Position numbers and translations under genes: made by a program
The notes under the pieces: generated by a model
Database searches by the model: none
Seen by the model: only the letters and a program-made list of their open reading frames with translations
Told to the model about the DNA's origin: nothing
In this document: piece after piece, positions 6,838 to 9,892 of the stretch
How positions within the stretch are numbered: position 1 is the stretch's first letter
How the letters are laid out: each line of letters opens with the position of its first letter
Source of the DNA: a virus
Taxonomy: Duplodnaviria > Heunggongvirae > Uroviricota > Caudoviricetes
Strand: one strand, 5' to 3'
IMG/VR virus record: IMGVR_UViG_2579779077_000004
Length of the DNA: 9,892 nucleotides

Positions 6838-7277
6838 TGCCGTGGCAACCATTAAGACGATGCACAGAACCAGGCTGTAACAGGCGCGTTAAATCCGGCA
6901 AGTGTGAGGAGCACAGGCGGGCGGCATGGCGTGCAGAGGATGCCAGACGAGGACACCGCCGCGCGCGTGGATATTCCAGACAGTGGGACAAATACCGCGC
7001 CATGTATCTGAGTAAAAACCCGTTATGCGTGCGATGCCTTGAGAAGGGGATATATACGCCCGCCGTGGTGGTGGATCACATTATCCCGATTAATGGCGGT
7101 GATGATGTTCTCTTCTGGCCCGAATGGAACCATCAACCATTGTGTCAGGCGTGTCATAACCAGAAAACGAAATGGCTTGATCCGGCAACAAAAAGCAAGC
7201 GTGCCGCAGGTGGATTTCGTGAAGAGGAAGAACGGGCCGCTAACCGCAATAACTGGATGTATGACGCTGATGAATGA
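6837..7277 (+). CDS. HNH endonuclease, phage packaging-associated
   Basis: Cys-rich N-terminus (CTEPGCNRRVKSGKCEEH) and an HNH motif (VVDHIIPINGGDD…WNHQPLCQACHNQKT). The start overlaps the previous stop by 1 nt (TGATG). It sits just upstream of terS, as in HK97-like cos phages. Confidence 0.85.
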   Translation: MPWQPLRRCTEPGCNRRVKSGKCEEHRRAAWRAEDARRGHRRARGYSRQWDKYRAMYLSKNPLCVRCLEKGIYTPAVVVDHIIPINGGDDVLFWPEWNHQPLCQACHNQKTKWLDPATKSKRAAGGFREEEERAANRNNWMYDADE

Positions 7278-7446
7278 GCGGGAACAAAACCGCCTTATCC
7301 GTGGACTTATAAGGCAGCGTGACACATGGAAGACACAGGAAACAGGGCATAAAGATAAAGCGTCAGGACGCGCAGAACGCATCACAGCGAAGCGATTAAC
7401 CGACCGTGACCGCGAGGTTATGGAATGTTTCCGCAATCGCTGGTGA
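7261..7446 (+). CDS. Possible small basic protein (about 61 aa)
   Basis: ATG at 7261 in the +1 frame relative to HNH, overlapping its last 17 nt (MTLMNEREQNRLIRGLIRQRD…NRW). RBS is weak and no family is recognised. It occupies the HNH-terS spacer. Confidence 0.22.
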   Translation: MTLMNEREQNRLIRGLIRQRDTWKTQETGHKDKASGRAERITAKRLTDRDREVMECFRNRW

Positions 7447-7565
7447 TGCTGTATGACGGGGTGGGGGGCGTTTTCAGGACAAACCCGACCCCGCCGGGCA
7501 CCGAACGCCTCCTCAAATTTTTATGCACGGGAATTTTTTGAAAAATAATCTGGCGAAAAATAAGC
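7447..7565. other. Candidate cos / packaging-initiation region upstream of terS
   Basis: Non-coding spacer with a GC-rich element (GACGGGGTGGGGGGCG at 7455-7470, then CCCGACCCCGCCGGG) followed by an AT-rich stretch (AAATTTTTATGCACGGGAATTTTTTGAAAAATAATC). The assignment rests on position only. Confidence 0.3.
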
Positions 7566-7922
7566 ATGGCAAGACCACCGAAAGCCCCCGCCTACCTGGA
7601 TGACATCGCCGTGAAGCAGTGGCGGGAAAAATCGCGGCAGCTTGCGGAACGGGGAGACCTGACTCCCGCCGACTGGAGCAATCTGGAACTGTATTGTGTC
7701 AACTACTCCATTTACCGGAAAGCCGTTGCAGACCTTGCGGCGCGCGGGTTCAGCATTGTTAACAGTCAGGGCGGCGAGAGCAGAAACCCCGCATTAAGCG
7801 CAAAATCCGACGCTGAAAGAGTGATGATAAAAATGGCCTCCTTGCTCGGTTTTGACCCGATAAGCCGCCGTAAAAATCCACCGGAAACAGAAGAAGAGGA
7901 CGAGCTTGACCGCCTGGAATAA
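7566..7922 (+). CDS. terS: Terminase small subunit, P27 family
   Basis: 118 aa with a P27-family-like pattern (…LTPADWSNLELYCVNYSIYRKA…NPALSA…MIKMASLLGFDPISRRK) and an acidic C-terminus. Lies between the HNH and TerL genes. Confidence 0.85.
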   Translation: MARPPKAPAYLDDIAVKQWREKSRQLAERGDLTPADWSNLELYCVNYSIYRKAVADLAARGFSIVNSQGGESRNPALSAKSDAERVMIKMASLLGFDPISRRKNPPETEEEDELDRLE

Positions 7923-9567
7923 GTACGCAGAAGACGTAAAAACGGGCAAAATTCCGGCCTGTAAACGGCTGAAACAGGCCGTTAAACGGTACTTTTCGGA
8001 CCTTAAAAACCCCCTTTATACGTTCGATCGTGAGGTCGTGGAGCGGTTTATTGCCTTTTCCAGGGTGTGCCCGCACGTAAAAGGGCCGATGCGTGGCAGA
8101 CCCATTGAGCTGGAGCCGTGGCAGCAGTTCGCCTTTGCGTGCATCCTCGGCTTTAAGGTTAAGGCCACCGGACGGCGCAAATACACGAGCGCATTTATCG
8201 AAGTGCCGCGCAAAAATGCGAAATCCACGACCGCCGCGATTCTGGCTAACTGGTTTCTGATTATGGAGAACGGGCAGCAGGATATTTACACCGCAGCAGT
8301 GAGCCGTGACCAGGCGCGGATCGTTTTTGATGATGCGCGTCAGATGTGCCTTTTATCCCGACCGTTACGCAGGCGGGTGAATATTCAGGCCCACAAGGTG
8401 ATGCACCCGAAAAGCAACAGCCTGTTAAAGCCGCTGGCAGCAAAAGCGGCAACCATCGAGGGCACAAACCCAAGCCTTTCCATCGTGGACGAATACCACC
8501 TACACCCCGATAACGGCGTTTATTCCGCGCTTGAGCTGGGGATGGGCGCACGTCCCGAAGGGCTGTTATTTGCCATTACCACATCGGGCAGTAACGTCGT
8601 TTCAGCCTGTAAACAGCACTATGATTATTGCTGCCAGATCCTGGACGGCGAAGAGGTCAACGATTCAATTTTTGTGCTGATTTACGAGCTGGACGACGAA
8701 AACGAGGTTGATGATCCGGGGATGTGGATAAAGGCTAACCCTAACATCGATGTTTCCGTGGATCGTGAAAAACTGGCCTCAACCATCCAGAAAGCGCGGG
8801 GTATTCCGTCGCAATGGGTGGAGATGATGACAAAGCGATTTAATATCTGGTGCCAGGGGGCTACCCCGTGGATGGGTAACGGCGCATGGGTTGAGTGTGC
8901 CGGAACGTTCATGGAGGAAGATTTACACGGGCAGGAGTGTTACGCGGGGCTGGACTTATCATCAACCAGCGATATTTCCAGCGTGTGCTATGCCTTTCCG
9001 GTCGGTAAAACCATTATGCTGATTTCCCGTCATTATCTGCCGGAGTTCCAGCTACAGAACCCCGCCAATAAAAACCGCGCTGTCTATCGCCAGTGGGCTA
9101 AAGCGGGCTGGATACGCACAACGCCAGGTGACTGCATTGATTACGACCGGATCAGAGATGACATCATGCAGGATGCGGAGAAATTTAATATCAGGCTGGT
9201 GGGCTTTGATACGTGGAACGCCACGCATCTCAGGACGCAATTACAGGGGGCTGGTTTTGAGGTGGAGCCGTTCCCGCAAACCTACCTCAGATTCAGTCCG
9301 GCGGCGAAATCGTTCGAAGTTTTTGTTAACCGCAGGGTGATTGTGCATCGTGGCGATCCGGTGTTGTCCTGGTCGATGAGTAACGTCGTGATGCAGAGTG
9401 ACGCGAACGCCAATATCAAGCCGAACAAGAAAAAATCACCGAACAAGATAGACCCGAGCGTAGCGGCGCTGATGGCGTTTGGTACATTCCAGGCAGAGCA
9501 TGAGGATTTTGCTTTTGATATAAGCGACAGCCACCGCCAGAAACTGGAAGAATTTAGCGGGGTGTAA
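7906..9567 (+). CDS. terL: Terminase large subunit (ATPase plus nuclease)
   Basis: 553 aa. N-terminus WNKYAEDVKTGKIPACKRLKQAVKRYFSDLKN is typical of Terminase_1-type TerL. The apparent start is TTG at 7906 with GAGGA 5 nt upstream, overlapping terS by 17 nt in the +1 frame; there is no in-frame ATG or GTG between the upstream stop and this TTG. Confidence 0.9.
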   Translation: MTAWNKYAEDVKTGKIPACKRLKQAVKRYFSDLKNPLYTFDREVVERFIAFSRVCPHVKGPMRGRPIELEPWQQFAFACILGFKVKATGRRKYTSAFIEVPRKNAKSTTAAILANWFLIMENGQQDIYTAAVSRDQARIVFDDARQMCLLSRPLRRRVNIQAHKVMHPKSNSLLKPLAAKAATIEGTNPSLSIVDEYHLHPDNGVYSALELGMGARPEGLLFAITTSGSNVVSACKQHYDYCCQILDGEEVNDSIFVLIYELDDENEVDDPGMWIKANPNIDVSVDREKLASTIQKARGIPSQWVEMMTKRFNIWCQGATPWMGNGAWVECAGTFMEEDLHGQECYAGLDLSSTSDISSVCYAFPVGKTIMLISRHYLPEFQLQNPANKNRAVYRQWAKAGWIRTTPGDCIDYDRIRDDIMQDAEKFNIRLVGFDTWNATHLRTQLQGAGFEVEPFPQTYLRFSPAAKSFEVFVNRRVIVHRGDPVLSWSMSNVVMQSDANANIKPNKKKSPNKIDPSVAALMAFGTFQAEHEDFAFDISDSHRQKLEEFSGV

Positions 9568-9580
9568 TGAGGTCAGCAGC

Positions 9581-9862
9581 ATGACAGAAGCCGAAATACT
9601 GCGATTAATCCGCCGCGTCTCTGGAATCAGCCAGCAGGCTGACGAACAGACCACGCAGCCGGACAGCGTGACAGCCGAAAATTATGCGCGTGTTGTTGCT
9701 GAGGTGATGCGCCGTGATGGTATCCAGCTTAATGATGCGGATATGCGCGACATACGGATCCGCGTTCTGGAAATGCTGGCCTACAATCGCCGCGTTGAAC
9801 TGTATCGGGAGAAGGAGAAAATCACGTACCACTGGAAGAAGCCGGAGCGGTTACGGCGGTAA
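9581..9862 (+). CDS. Hypothetical protein (93 aa) downstream of terL
   Basis: ATG at 9581 with GAGG about 10 nt upstream. Charged, probably alpha-helical protein (MTEAEILRLIRRVSG…); no family recognised. Confidence 0.5.
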   Translation: MTEAEILRLIRRVSGISQQADEQTTQPDSVTAENYARVVAEVMRRDGIQLNDADMRDIRIRVLEMLAYNRRVELYREKEKITYHWKKPERLRR

Positions 9863-9892
9863 CTCACTGAGATTAAAGCAAAGCGCGAAATT

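Noticed and set aside
7039-7260. The 5' part of the 135-aa ORF 7039..7446, overlapping the HNH gene in another frame
   Set aside because: It is an alternate frame inside a well-supported HNH coding sequence. Only the part downstream of the HNH stop is kept, as a low-confidence small ORF.
7759-9654. Minus-strand ORFs antisense to terS and terL (7759..8076, 8261..8551, 8682..8912, 9436..9654)
   Set aside because: They are antisense to a long, conserved TerL ORF and their translations are Arg/Pro-rich, as expected from a GC-rich antisense frame.
1-9892. Searched for tRNA or tmRNA genes, att core repeats, an integrase and insertion-sequence ends
   Set aside because: No cloverleaf-like sequence, long terminal inverted repeats or recombinase-like ORF is visible in this window. 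Any integration module must lie outside it.

Overview
All supportable genes lie on the + strand and form two modules. (1) A replication module: a RecA-fold Rep/helicase-like ATPase (85..1482), an AT-rich iteron array that is the likely origin (1482..1677), two translationally coupled unknown small genes, a short SSB and a PerC-like regulator. (2) A complete HK97-type head-assembly and DNA-packaging module in non-canonical order: major capsid, prohead protease, portal, head closure/adaptor, gp6-like connector, HNH endonuclease, P27-family TerS, TerL, then a small unknown gene. No tail, lysis, integrase, tRNA or CRISPR features are visible in the window. The layout is most consistent with a capsid-forming phage satellite (cf-PICI-like), a class already described in the literature, rather than a complete prophage; this cannot be settled without the flanking sequence. 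All protein family calls come from reading motifs by eye, not from database searches.
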